In this document: in pieces, positions 27,463-36,177 of the stretch | Layout of the letters: each line of letters begins with the position of its first letter | Numbering within the stretch: the first letter of the stretch is position 1 | Assembly: GCA_018666575.1 (NCBI GenBank) | Contig: JABIYX010000019.1 | Span: 1-36,177, forward strand | DNA from: Methanobacteriota archaeon | Lineage (GTDB): Archaea > Thermoplasmatota > Poseidoniia > Poseidoniales > Poseidoniaceae | Length of the DNA stretch: 36,177 bases | Direction: 5' to 3' | Made by a program: the position numbers and the translations under genes | The notes under the pieces: generated by a model | Told to the model about the DNA's origin: nothing | What the model saw: only the letters and a program-made list of their open reading frames with translations | The model's database searches: none

Positions 27463-27753
27463 ATGGCGGCAAAAGCACCAGGTGGAAAGAAACGCCCACG
27501 AAGGAAACGTAAGTTGAGACTCAGTCTTCGTCAAAGTAAAATCAAGAAAGCTGATAGTTATACAGACAGTCTTGGTTGGTCGACAGATGTCGGTCGAACA
27601 TTGGAAGATGCACCAAAAAAAGCAGAACCAGAGACAATCTCAATCCAATGTGATATGTGTGGTTCGATGTTAAAAATTCGAAAACCTACAAAAGCACGCT
27701 ACTCTGTAACTTGTTCATATCCAGAATGTGGAAACGTCATGTCTTTTGATTAA
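27463..27753 (+). CDS. Small basic protein with C-terminal zinc ribbon
   Basis: KKRPRRKRKLR N-terminus; CDMC...CSYPEC; TTGAATATA 35 nt upstream of ATG 27463. Confidence 0.75.
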   Translation: MAAKAPGGKKRPRRKRKLRLSLRQSKIKKADSYTDSLGWSTDVGRTLEDAPKKAEPETISIQCDMCGSMLKIRKPTKARYSVTCSYPECGNVMSFD

Positions 27754-27754
27754 G

Positions 27755-28585
27755 ATGAAACGAGTCTTTTTTGTTCTCTTTGTATTCATACTCCCCTGTC
27801 TACAGGGCTGTTTAGGGGCTTCTGAGGAAGTTTCGGATCAAACAATACGTCTCGCAACCACGACCTCAATGCGAGATTCAGGGCTGTTAGCAGAACTGTT
27901 GCCAGCTTTTACGGCTGAAACTGGAATTGAAGTTGATGTCATCGCAGTTGGATCAGGTGCGGCTATGAATCTTGCAAAAACAAATGATGTGGACATACTT
28001 ATCACCCACTCTCCTGCGAATGAAATAGAGTTCGTTGAGGATGGTTATGCCATAAACAGGACCACATTTGCCTGGAATCGATTTGTCCTTATTGGACCAA
28101 ATCAATTATCTGGAAATTTAACAGAATCAATGTCTTCCCTCGTTCTTGAAAATAAGTGCTTTATCTCAAGAGGAGATTCCTCTGGGACACATATCAAAGA
28201 ACAAGATGTGTGGCGAAATGTCGCCCTTGTCAGCAATCTATCATTTATCAACAATGAATTAGGATATCATCCAGAATGGGAGGGATACCAGTCAATTGGA
28301 CAAGGAATGGGGGCTGCAATTACAATTGCAAATGAGTTAGAATGCTGGACTTTATCAGATAAAGGAACTGCATTATTTCGTTCCAATAATATCGAACTAA
28401 TGATACAAGAATTTGAATCACCTGAATTAGTAAACCCTTACTCTGTTCTCCTCTTAGACAATGATAAATTATCAGAGACTACCCTTTTCAGAGATTTCTT
28501 ACTCAACAGTGCTGATTTAATCAACAACTACACCGTTTCGAATCAAACTTTGTTTGAAAGCGGAATTCCCTTGAATTCTGTGTGA
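27755..28585 (+). CDS. tupA: Tungstate ABC transporter substrate-binding lipoprotein
   Basis: LQGC lipobox; RLATTTSMRDSGLL; FISRGDSSGTHIKE; GQGMG; NPYSV. Confidence 0.9.
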   Translation: MKRVFFVLFVFILPCLQGCLGASEEVSDQTIRLATTTSMRDSGLLAELLPAFTAETGIEVDVIAVGSGAAMNLAKTNDVDILITHSPANEIEFVEDGYAINRTTFAWNRFVLIGPNQLSGNLTESMSSLVLENKCFISRGDSSGTHIKEQDVWRNVALVSNLSFINNELGYHPEWEGYQSIGQGMGAAITIANELECWTLSDKGTALFRSNNIELMIQEFESPELVNPYSVLLLDNDKLSETTLFRDFLLNSADLINNYTVSNQTLFESGIPLNSV

Positions 28586-28587
28586 AT

Positions 28588-29916
28588 TCAACCGATCCAT
28601 TTCCCAGACTTTATTTGCTGAGCAACCTTACTTTCATCATCAATTTGTTTACCTTGATGGATAAATATCGTCCGTGTTGCTAGTCGCTTCGCCTGTAGGA
28701 CATTATGGGTTGCGAAAAGAACACAGCCCCCACGCTGTTTGAATTTGAGAACTTCTTTCTCAATCCTTTCGATCGATAGACCATCAAGCTCAGATGTAAA
28801 TTCATCAAGAATCAAAATTTTACGATTCATAGCCAAAGCCCTCAAGAACACGAGTCTCTGTTTCTCTCCTCCAGACAATGTATCATTCCGTTGCCTCTCT
28901 TTCTCTTCCAAACCACATATTGCCGCCAATTTCTTACCAGCATCTGGTAAATGGTTGTGTATTATTATTGGTAATTGCAATTCCATAGCTACAGTATCCA
29001 TCACAAGTGTTGGTTGCTGTGCAACATATGCAATGTCATGACCAATCCCCAAATCACTTCCATCAAGACCACAAATTCTTCTCAAGAGGGTAGATTTACC
29101 CGATCCAGACTCACCCATCAAGGCAATAATTTCCCCTTGCCTAAGTTCTAGTGAATAGGAATCTAAAATTTTAATTCCATCTTTTTCTACATTTAAATTT
29201 CCAAGAGTTATAGTGAAGTCATCAAACGATTCATTATCACGATTATCTTCTCCAAAACTACCACTTCCAAAGAAATGAACTCGTTGTAATAATTGTATGG
29301 ATAACGCAACAAGTAGCGACAAAACTAGAAGAACACCACCGAGTTGTAACGCCGTGTCCATTTCTCCAATAGAGGTTTCAAGAACCACACTTGTCGTGAG
29401 GACTCGAGTTTTTCCAGCTATATTTCCACCAACCATCAAAACAGCACCGACCTCTGCAATAGCGCGCCCAAAACCCAACAAAATAGCGTTAACGATGCCT
29501 TTGCGAGCACAGTACATTTCAAGCATAATTCGCTTACTCCTTTTCACATTCATCACCCGAAAAACATCTCGCTTATCCTCTGAAACGCGTTCTAAAGCAC
29601 CCCACGCAACTCCTAGAATGAGCGGAAAAATAAGAAGAGTCTGTGCAAAAATCATACCTTCAATTGTGAACAACCAGTTGAGATCTGATAGCAAACCATC
29701 TTTTGAAAGAGCAAGATAAACCAAGACTCCAACGACTACTGGTGGTAATCCATACAGAGCTTGAACAATGACACGTAGGATTTCTTTCCCACGCCATTTT
29801 GTATTTGCCAAGACAAGAGCGAGGGCAAGAGCAAAAAGAGTTGCGATAAGTGTAGCAGTCCCACTTGTGACCACGGTTCGTACGACCACATCCCATAGAC
29901 TTGAAGTAGAGACCAC
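28588..29916 (-). CDS. Fused tungstate ABC permease-ATPase (TupB-TupC)
   Basis: Permease: GLPPVVVG, FGRAIAEVGAVLMVGGNIAGKTRVLTT. ATPase: GESGSGKS, LSGGEKQR, ILDE, ATH. One continuous frame. Confidence 0.9.
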   Translation of the reverse strand: MVSTSSLWDVVVRTVVTSGTATLIATLFALALALVLANTKWRGKEILRVIVQALYGLPPVVVGVLVYLALSKDGLLSDLNWLFTIEGMIFAQTLLIFPLILGVAWGALERVSEDKRDVFRVMNVKRSKRIMLEMYCARKGIVNAILLGFGRAIAEVGAVLMVGGNIAGKTRVLTTSVVLETSIGEMDTALQLGGVLLVLSLLVALSIQLLQRVHFFGSGSFGEDNRDNESFDDFTITLGNLNVEKDGIKILDSYSLELRQGEIIALMGESGSGKSTLLRRICGLDGSDLGIGHDIAYVAQQPTLVMDTVAMELQLPIIIHNHLPDAGKKLAAICGLEEKERQRNDTLSGGEKQRLVFLRALAMNRKILILDEFTSELDGLSIERIEKEVLKFKQRGGCVLFATHNVLQAKRLATRTIFIHQGKQIDDESKVAQQIKSGKWIG

Positions 29917-29994
29917 GTCATCCCCAAGCGAGACAAACCTTTGAGGTTGGTGAACTGACCCACAGCCTGAAGCACATCCATAGGAGGCCCAAAA

Positions 29995-31200
29995 ATGTCT
30001 GAAACACCATACTACATTTCACTCGAAGAAGCGATTAACATTGCACACAAGTTTCCGCTTAACACTGAAATAGAACAAGTATCCTTGGATGAAGCCCATG
30101 GCCGAATACTTGCGGCGGATTTATCTTCAAAGGTTAATGATCCCCCCTTTGATAATTCAGCCATGGATGGTTTTGCAGTACGTTTCAACGACACCAATAT
30201 AGCGCCAACAACTCTCTCAATCATAGCAACATCACAGGCTGCAGCTTCAGAAGATTCGATTTCGATTTCAATCGGCGAAGCAGTTCAAATTATGACTGGA
30301 GCCCCATTACCAAATGGAGCAGATGCAATTATCCCAATTGAAGCATGTACTATTGATGGGGATTTAGTCACGTTGAATCAACCTTCTAAACCAAATTTTA
30401 TTCGTCGCTGTGGTGAGAATATCAAGGAAGGAGTTATTGGTTTGAAAGAAGGAAGTCATCTTTCTCCACAATCGATTTCAATGTGTGCTACAATGGGATA
30501 CGATCAAATTCCAGTTGTGAAGAAACTCAAAATTGGAATAATATCTACTGGTGATGAACTGAAATCTCCCGGAGAAACTCTATCATTTGGGGAAATATAT
30601 GAATCCAATTCATACGGTCTTTCAGGCCTTGTAAAGGCTCTTGGCCATACGCCTATTCGATACCCATCCGTAGTCGATTCGTTGGATGATTTACGAAGAC
30701 AATTCGATCAAGCCTCCTCTGAGTGCGATCTCTTCCTTACTTCTGGCGGTGTTTCTATGGGCGAGTGGGACTTTGTTCGAAAACTCATGGAAGAGGAGGG
30801 TGATGTCGCTTTCTGGAGAGTACGTATCCGCCCAGGCTCACCCCCACTCTTCGGCCATTGGAATGAAACTCCAATGTTCGGCCTTCCAGGAAACCCAGTT
30901 AGTAGCCATGTTGTTTTCCGTATGCTTGTAACCCCTTACCTCAGAGATTCACTTCGAACCTCTTTCCCAATCGATCGCATTGTTCATGCCAAATTATTGA
31001 CCGACGTACGTTCAACAAACGACTGCCTGACCCTTCGAAGAGTAACACTCCTCTCCACCAAAGAAGGGTTCCTTGCTGAACAACCGAAACATCAAGGTTC
31101 GGGAAATATCGATAGTTTATCTTCTGCAGATGGTCTTACCTTACTTCAACCAGGCCAATCCGGTAAGACGGGGGAATGGATTGAAGTGCTCTTGCTCTGA
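29995..31200 (+). CDS. moeA: Molybdopterin molybdo(tungsto)transferase
   Basis: PPFDNSAMDGFA, IMTGAPLP.GAD, STGDEL, TSGGVSMG..D, GLPGNPVS; GGAGG SD upstream. Confidence 0.96.
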   Translation: MSETPYYISLEEAINIAHKFPLNTEIEQVSLDEAHGRILAADLSSKVNDPPFDNSAMDGFAVRFNDTNIAPTTLSIIATSQAAASEDSISISIGEAVQIMTGAPLPNGADAIIPIEACTIDGDLVTLNQPSKPNFIRRCGENIKEGVIGLKEGSHLSPQSISMCATMGYDQIPVVKKLKIGIISTGDELKSPGETLSFGEIYESNSYGLSGLVKALGHTPIRYPSVVDSLDDLRRQFDQASSECDLFLTSGGVSMGEWDFVRKLMEEEGDVAFWRVRIRPGSPPLFGHWNETPMFGLPGNPVSSHVVFRMLVTPYLRDSLRTSFPIDRIVHAKLLTDVRSTNDCLTLRRVTLLSTKEGFLAEQPKHQGSGNIDSLSSADGLTLLQPGQSGKTGEWIEVLLL

Positions 31201-31209
31201 GGTGAATGT

Positions 31210-32094
31210 ATGCGAGTAACTGTTTCAGAGGAAGGGCCGTTACTCGACCATCTCAAAAAAATGCAGCCATCCACAAGTAACAACGTCTTACGAAAAATGC
31301 TCACGAGTCAACGTATTCAAGTCGATGAGAGTGTTATTTATAGAGCAAAACATATTGTTCAGGTGGGCCAAATCATTGAAATTCTACCCCGGCCAAAGCT
31401 AACCATCGAAGAGAAACAAGAGGTTTCAGCAAAAGAACATGATTTGGATATTATCCACGAGGATGAACATATTTTAGTTGTTTCAAAACCCGCTGGCCTT
31501 CTTTCGGTTGCGACGGACAAACTCGAACACTACACACTCCACAACAGATGCGTTGAATATTGCAAGGCCAATGATCCAAGAGGATGGTGCTTTATTGTCC
31601 ATCGTTTAGACAAGGCAACCTCTGGTATCATGATATTTGCCAAAGATGAGAATTCAAAACGATACCTACAGGAACAATTCGCAGAACGCCAAGTTCATCG
31701 AGACTATGTCGCCCTTGTCGAAGGAATAGCAGAAGATGGAAACGCAACCCACCATCTCGTAGAAGACAAGACATTGAGGGTCCATATTTCAGAAGTACAA
31801 ACAAAGGAGAGTAAACTTGCAATCACCTCCTGGCAAGTGATGAAATCAAACGACATTGCCACACTTCTACACGTTTTGATAGAAACAGGAAGGCGCCATC
31901 AGATTCGCGTCGCTTTAGCAGATCATGGAACACCTGTCGTTGGTGATAGGATGCATGGTGCTGAAAACAACCTTTTCGGAAGGATTTGTCTCCATGCAAC
32001 TGCCCTTGAATTCCTTCATCCGTTCGACGATGAACCAGTTCGTTTCGAATCAGAATATGACGTGGCGTGGAACCACGGATTGAAGAACCCTTGA
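31210..32094 (+). CDS. RluA/RluD family pseudouridine synthase
   Basis: VVSKPAGL, VHRLDKATSG, TGRRHQIR, PVVGD..HG, LHA; GAGGTGA SD. Confidence 0.93.
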   Translation: MRVTVSEEGPLLDHLKKMQPSTSNNVLRKMLTSQRIQVDESVIYRAKHIVQVGQIIEILPRPKLTIEEKQEVSAKEHDLDIIHEDEHILVVSKPAGLLSVATDKLEHYTLHNRCVEYCKANDPRGWCFIVHRLDKATSGIMIFAKDENSKRYLQEQFAERQVHRDYVALVEGIAEDGNATHHLVEDKTLRVHISEVQTKESKLAITSWQVMKSNDIATLLHVLIETGRRHQIRVALADHGTPVVGDRMHGAENNLFGRICLHATALEFLHPFDDEPVRFESEYDVAWNHGLKNP

Positions 32095-32115
32095 CAACAC
32101 GCTACATTTGTTCCT

Positions 32116-35049
32116 ATGGCTGTGAATCACGAGTGGATAGAGGTGCGAGGTGCTCGCACACACAATCTACAAGACATCGATGTCAAACTTCCGAGAGGGA
32201 AGTTTGTTGTCATCTCAGGTGTTTCAGGTTCAGGAAAATCTAGTTTAGCATTCGACACACTCTATGCAGAAGGTCAACGAAGGTATGTAGAATCACTCTC
32301 ATCTTACGCTCGCCAATTCATTGGACAAATGAAGAAAGCTGACTGCGACGGAATTGAGGGCCTTTCACCGGCCATTTCAATCGATCAGAAGCAAGGTTCA
32401 CACAATCCGAGATCAACAGTTGCAACAGTGACGGAAATCCAAGATTATCTTCGTCTACTCTGGGCAAGAATTGGGAAACCACACTGCCCAGATTGCGGCC
32501 AAGAAGTAGCAAGACGAACAGTACAAGAAATCGTAGACGATATCTTTTGGAATTATGAACAACACACCATTGCTGTTTGGAGCCCAGTCGTTCGAGCAAG
32601 AAAGGGAACTCATGCTGAATTATTCAGACAATTTGTTGAGCAAGGATATATGCAAGGCCGAGTCAATGGACACGAAGTTGATTTCGAAAAACCTCCGACC
32701 CTTGACAAGAATATGCGCCACGATATCGACGTCCGGATTGATCGCTTTATTCTCTCAAGAGAGCGACGTCAGCGATCAACTGAGAGTGTAGAAAACGCAT
32801 TACGTCTGGGCGGTGGGGCACTTGCTGTAACCAGCTTAAAGACTCCTTCAAAACCTGATGAACTAGAGGGGAATAATCGCCCTGTACACAATGAAGGAGA
32901 TACTGTTTCATGGTCAGAAGATTTTGCTTGCCCTGAACATGGGGCATTTATGCCAGAATTGTCGCCCAGAGTCTTCTCGTTTAATTCACCACTAGGAGCC
33001 TGTCCAGATTGCCAAGGACTTGGAATTCAGAGACAATTCAATCCAGACTTAATCATCGATGATACACTTGCAGTATCGAATGGTTGTGTCTTACCATGGC
33101 GCCAGTCAATGTCACCTGGGTGGTACAAGAAATTACTACAACAAGTGTGCGAACACTACGGCATATCGACGACAGTTCCATTTGGCCTCCTCGATGAAGA
33201 TTCTAAAGATATCTTACTCCATGGTTCAGGTTCAACAATCATCCACTTCCATTTTGAATCAGATAATGGTTCAGTTTACAAAATGAATAGGCCTTGGGAT
33301 GGAATCATCTCTCGACTTGAACGAACCTACTCTGAAACATCTTCAGATCGTACTCGAAATCGGCTCATAGCGTGTATGACAGATCTTGATTGTCATGCCT
33401 GTAACGGAGAGAAACTCAACCCTGCAGCTCGTTTCGTGACTGTTGGTGGAATACGCCTTCCAGAAGTTAGCCGTAGTTCAGTCCATGAAGCATATCAACT
33501 CATCAAAGCATTCAATCCAGAAGCAGATGGTCCGCCTGAGCAATATGCTGACGTTTTAGAACCACTCAACGATCGAGCACTCTTCATCGGAAATGAAATC
33601 CTAAAGGAAATCGAAAACAGACTAAGCTTCCTTGATAATGTAGGGCTTGACTACCTAACACTGGATCGTAAAGCAAACACACTGTCCGGAGGAGAAAGCC
33701 AGCGTATACGATTAGCGACTCAAATAGGGTCAAGGCTAACTGGGGTCATGTATGTTCTCGATGAACCTTCTATTGGCCTTCATCAGAGAGACAATGAACG
33801 ATTGTTGGAGACTTTACGCGAACTCACTACATTAGGTAACACCCTGCTCGTAGTCGAGCATGATGAAGATACATTACGTCAAGCAGATTGGATTTGTGAT
33901 TTAGGTCCCGGGGCAGGTCTTGAAGGAGGCCACATCGTTGCAAACGGAATACCAAGTAAAGTCATGAAAGCAAAAGATTCCGTTACAGGAGCATATCTTT
34001 CAGGAAGGCGTTCAATAAAAGTTCCAGAAAAAAGGCAAAAACCTTCAAAGAAATGGCTCACAATCAAAGGGGCAGAGCACAATAATCTAAGCAACATCGA
34101 TGTTAAACTTCCACTGGGCTGTTTTACATCTGTTACTGGAGTTTCAGGCTCAGGAAAATCTTCGCTCATCTCAGGAATCTTAGCTCCATCTCTTCAACGA
34201 TACCTTCACAACAGCGAAAAACTCCCAGGTAAACACAAAGAAATCAAAGGTCTAGAACACGTTGACAAAGCCATCATAATCGATCAGTCTCCTATTGGGA
34301 GAACTCCTCGTTCAAATGCAGCAACGTATACCAAGGTCTTTGATGAAATCAGAAAACTTTTCTCAAACACAACCTTAGCAAAAGAGCGAGGATACACTAC
34401 CGGAACCTTCAGTTTTAATGTGAAAGGTGGGCGATGTGAAGCATGTTCTGGAGCAGGTTCGATAAAATTAGAAATGAATTTCCTCCCCGACGTATGGATT
34501 GAATGTGATATTTGTAATGGAAAGCGCTACACAAGAGAATGTCTTGAAGTGACATGGAAAGGAAAGAACATCCATGATGTATTGCAAATGCCTGTTGGTG
34601 AAGCGGTAAAATTCTTTGAACACCATCGCAAAATTCACCGAACACTCGAAACCCTTCATTCAGTTGGGCTATCTTACATTCGACTTGGTCAGCCAGCAAC
34701 AACATTGTCGGGCGGTGAGGCACAACGAGTGAAACTTGCAAGTGAATTACGCAGACCTCCACACAAACATACTGTTTACATTCTCGATGAACCGACTACC
34801 GGATTAGCATTTAGCGATGTTCAAATGCTCATCGATGTTCTTCTCGAATTACGAACGAAAGGTCATACAGTGATTGTTATTGAACACCATCTCGATGTCG
34901 TCAAATGCAGTGATCACGTTATCGATCTTGGCCCAGAAGGCGGCGATAGAGGTGGACAAATTGTTACCTCAGGAACGCCTGAAGAAGTGGCCGAAGAAGT
35001 CAATAGTTTCACAGGAAACTTCCTCAAAACACTTCTTTCTTCCCAGTAA
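32116..35049 (+). CDS. uvrA: Excinuclease ABC subunit A
   Basis: GARTHNL, two GVSGSGKS, EGQRRYVESLS, two LSGGE.QR, LDEP motifs, Zn-finger CxxC pairs. Confidence 0.99.
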   Translation: MAVNHEWIEVRGARTHNLQDIDVKLPRGKFVVISGVSGSGKSSLAFDTLYAEGQRRYVESLSSYARQFIGQMKKADCDGIEGLSPAISIDQKQGSHNPRSTVATVTEIQDYLRLLWARIGKPHCPDCGQEVARRTVQEIVDDIFWNYEQHTIAVWSPVVRARKGTHAELFRQFVEQGYMQGRVNGHEVDFEKPPTLDKNMRHDIDVRIDRFILSRERRQRSTESVENALRLGGGALAVTSLKTPSKPDELEGNNRPVHNEGDTVSWSEDFACPEHGAFMPELSPRVFSFNSPLGACPDCQGLGIQRQFNPDLIIDDTLAVSNGCVLPWRQSMSPGWYKKLLQQVCEHYGISTTVPFGLLDEDSKDILLHGSGSTIIHFHFESDNGSVYKMNRPWDGIISRLERTYSETSSDRTRNRLIACMTDLDCHACNGEKLNPAARFVTVGGIRLPEVSRSSVHEAYQLIKAFNPEADGPPEQYADVLEPLNDRALFIGNEILKEIENRLSFLDNVGLDYLTLDRKANTLSGGESQRIRLATQIGSRLTGVMYVLDEPSIGLHQRDNERLLETLRELTTLGNTLLVVEHDEDTLRQADWICDLGPGAGLEGGHIVANGIPSKVMKAKDSVTGAYLSGRRSIKVPEKRQKPSKKWLTIKGAEHNNLSNIDVKLPLGCFTSVTGVSGSGKSSLISGILAPSLQRYLHNSEKLPGKHKEIKGLEHVDKAIIIDQSPIGRTPRSNAATYTKVFDEIRKLFSNTTLAKERGYTTGTFSFNVKGGRCEACSGAGSIKLEMNFLPDVWIECDICNGKRYTRECLEVTWKGKNIHDVLQMPVGEAVKFFEHHRKIHRTLETLHSVGLSYIRLGQPATTLSGGEAQRVKLASELRRPPHKHTVYILDEPTTGLAFSDVQMLIDVLLELRTKGHTVIVIEHHLDVVKCSDHVIDLGPEGGDRGGQIVTSGTPEEVAEEVNSFTGNFLKTLLSSQ

Positions 35050-35105
35050 AGCCCGCCGTAGTGTTCAAAGAGCGTATGCGATGAACTCTGTTTGGGTCGG
35101 AAGCA

Positions 35106-36177
35106 ATGACAGTCCACGATGTTCGAATCGAAGTCACGCCTTTGCAAACGTAAGGAATGCGCGATGTACGTGGAGACGTTGTACGTCGGCAACTTATTGC
35201 CGACCATGGAGTCGACGTTGGCATCGTTCGCAGCATCTGCGGATATCTCATTCGCAGTCAATACGATGCGTCTTCAATCGCACCTCGCGTCCAAGATATC
35301 TTTTCCGATCCAATCATTGAATTTGGGGCAGTTGACACTCCAGTAATTCATGATTCCAACTTCTTTGCCCAACCCCCTCCTCTCTGTGTAACAATTGGCT
35401 TCAAGCCAGGAGTCACTGATAATCCAGGTGCTGCAGCAAACGACGGATTCCAAGTACTCTTCCCGGATGTTAGTGCAGCAATATCCACCTACACCACATA
35501 TGTGTTCACAGATCTCCCAGAGACTGTTGACAATGTATGGCTTGCCTCAACTCTTCACAACCCATTAATCGAGCGAGCAATCTTAGTAACTCGAGACGAT
35601 CTCTCTTCAGGAAATGCTTCAATTATCGCCTTCCCAGAGAGGCCAACAATTGTTCGCCAGTCCCCATCAATCATTGATTTAGAGGTGGCGAATGAGGAAC
35701 TCATTCGTCTATCGGTTGATGGTTTACTCGCTCTTAATCTTACAGAGATGCAGGCAATACAAGCGCACTATCGAATGGCTGAACATCAAACAGCCCGTCA
35801 CTCTGTGGGTATCTCCACAAACGCTCCTACAGATGTTGAATTGGAATGTCTCGCACAAACTTGGAGTGAGCACTGTAAACACAAGATATTTGCAAGCAAA
35901 ATTCATCACATTGATACTGAAACAAATGAAGACACGATTATCGATTCATTGTTCAAGACACACATCATGAATCCTACTCACGATATGGCGAAAGAAGTCG
36001 ACTGGCTTCTCTCAGTGTTCCACGATAACTCAGGCGTTATCGCGTGGAATGACGATTGGAGCGTCTGTATGAAAGCAGAGACGCACAACTCTCCTTCAGC
36101 CCTTGACCCATACGGGGGTGCTATGACGGGTATCGTAGGTGTGAACAGAGATATCCTAGGAACTGGACTTGGTGCAA
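35106..36177 (+). CDS. purL: Phosphoribosylformylglycinamidine synthase PurL with N-terminal PurS-like domains; 3' partial; in-frame TAA at 35151-35153
   Basis: Absent from the ORF track because it runs off the window. Manual translation: MTVHDVRIEVTPLQT*GMRDVRG...GFKPGVTDNPG...NPLIE...AQTWSEHCKHKIF...KAETHNSPSALDPYGGAMTG. Frame is open from ATG 35157 to the window end. Confidence 0.95.

Noticed and set aside
29917-29994. Possible Moco/Wco riboswitch between tupBC and moeA
   Set aside because: Only 78 nt with one small hairpin (AACCT-TTG-AGGTT); too short and no recognisable motif.
34874-35346. Short ORFs called after uvrA (34874-35320, 35119-35346, 34914-35261)
   Set aside because: The region is explained by the uvrA end and the purL frame starting at 35106.
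1-36177. tRNA/rRNA genes, IS elements, prophage or recognised defence systems
   Set aside because: No cloverleaf, rRNA-like stretch, transposase, integrase, capsid or known defence domain seen by eye; the methyltransferases lack DNA-MTase catalytic motifs (DPPY/NPPY/PCQ).

Overview
Gene-dense archaeal chromosomal window, most likely Marine Group II Thermoplasmatota (Ca. Poseidoniales). The assignment is inferred from an archaeal-type DnaG, AlaX-M and beta-CASP nuclease sitting beside bacterial-type purH/purN/uvrA/RluA and a lipoprotein M28 peptidase. It holds about 34 CDSs: purine synthesis (purH partial, purN, PurS-fused purL partial), Mo/W cofactor genes (mobA, moeA, tupA, fused tupBC), DNA repair and RNA metabolism genes, two proteases, a BacNav-type voltage-gated channel, two orphan methyltransferases and several large hypothetical proteins. 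I saw no rRNA, tRNA, CRISPR array, transposase or prophage gene. The most notable signals are an unrecognised 678-aa protein with a P-loop-like motif coupled to an acidic membrane protein, an 875-aa protein built of ~95-aa helical repeats divergent from a membrane-anchored TPR protein, a structured dnaG leader with a probable CTG start, an in-frame TAA in codon 16 of purL, and the sodium-channel homologue. All calls come from motif reading; no database searches were run.
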